Source: Hypanus sabinus (Eukaryota). Taken from it: DNA of 64,000 nucleotides. Position 1 is the first letter of the stretch. Each line of letters opens with the position of its first letter. The translations under genes and the position numbers were made by a program. Positions 63,690 to 64,000 of this stretch are shown here, one piece after another. A model generated the notes under the pieces. The model was not told the origin of the DNA. It did not search any database and saw nothing but the letters and a program-made list of their open reading frames with translations. The stretch covers positions 32,984,001-33,048,000 of the forward strand of contig NC_082728.1 of NCBI RefSeq assembly GCF_030144855.1, written 5' to 3'.

Positions 63690-64000
63690 TGGCAAGGAAA
63701 CTTGTTTGAGAGGCCTGAAATAGGAAGATTGTGCAGCTAAATACGTGGCTAAGGAGTTGGTGCAGGAGGGAGGGCTTCATGTTGCTGGACAATTGGGCCT
63801 TATTCCAGGGAAGGTGGGACCTGTTCCGACAGGATGGGTTGCACCTGAACTGGAGGGGGACTAACAGCCTTACGGGAAGGTTTGCTAGTGCTGCTAGGGG
63901 GGTGGGGGGGTTAAACTAGATTTGCAGGGGGAGGGGAGCCAGAGTGTTAGAGCAGATAGTGAGGTGGAGGAGGATAAAGGTCATGCGAGATCTGCAAGTA
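63690..64000 (+). mobile_element. CR1 ORF1 (SGNH esterase) fragment
   Basis: LNTWLRSWCRREGF..DGLHLNWRGT. Confidence 0.85.

Overview
Eukaryotic, repeat-dense vertebrate DNA. The repeat mix (CR1, Penelope-like, Rex1/Babar, Nimb, Tc1, hAT, fish-type ERV) suggests a cartilaginous fish such as a ray or shark; this is inference. There is one clear host gene, a minus-strand B7-family IgV-IgC-TM gene (CD274/CD276-like, about 55.5-62.7 kb). Its IgV lacks the canonical Trp and second Cys, and an IRF/ISRE motif cluster lies upstream. At 1.7-20.1 kb is a five-level nest: CR1 LINE > chromodomain Gypsy (Tf1/sushi type, with signs of self-priming) > epsilon-like endogenous retrovirus > two hAT elements. The most notable signal is a 2H (CNPase-like) phosphoesterase domain in the ERV pol, between protease and RT, with both catalytic HxT motifs intact. 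A second nest is built inside a Tc1 element (29.0-40.6 kb). Coordinates were read by eye: termini backed by TSD/TIR or splice sites are exact or nearly so, the rest are approximate. Repeat family names come from motif recognition, not database searches.
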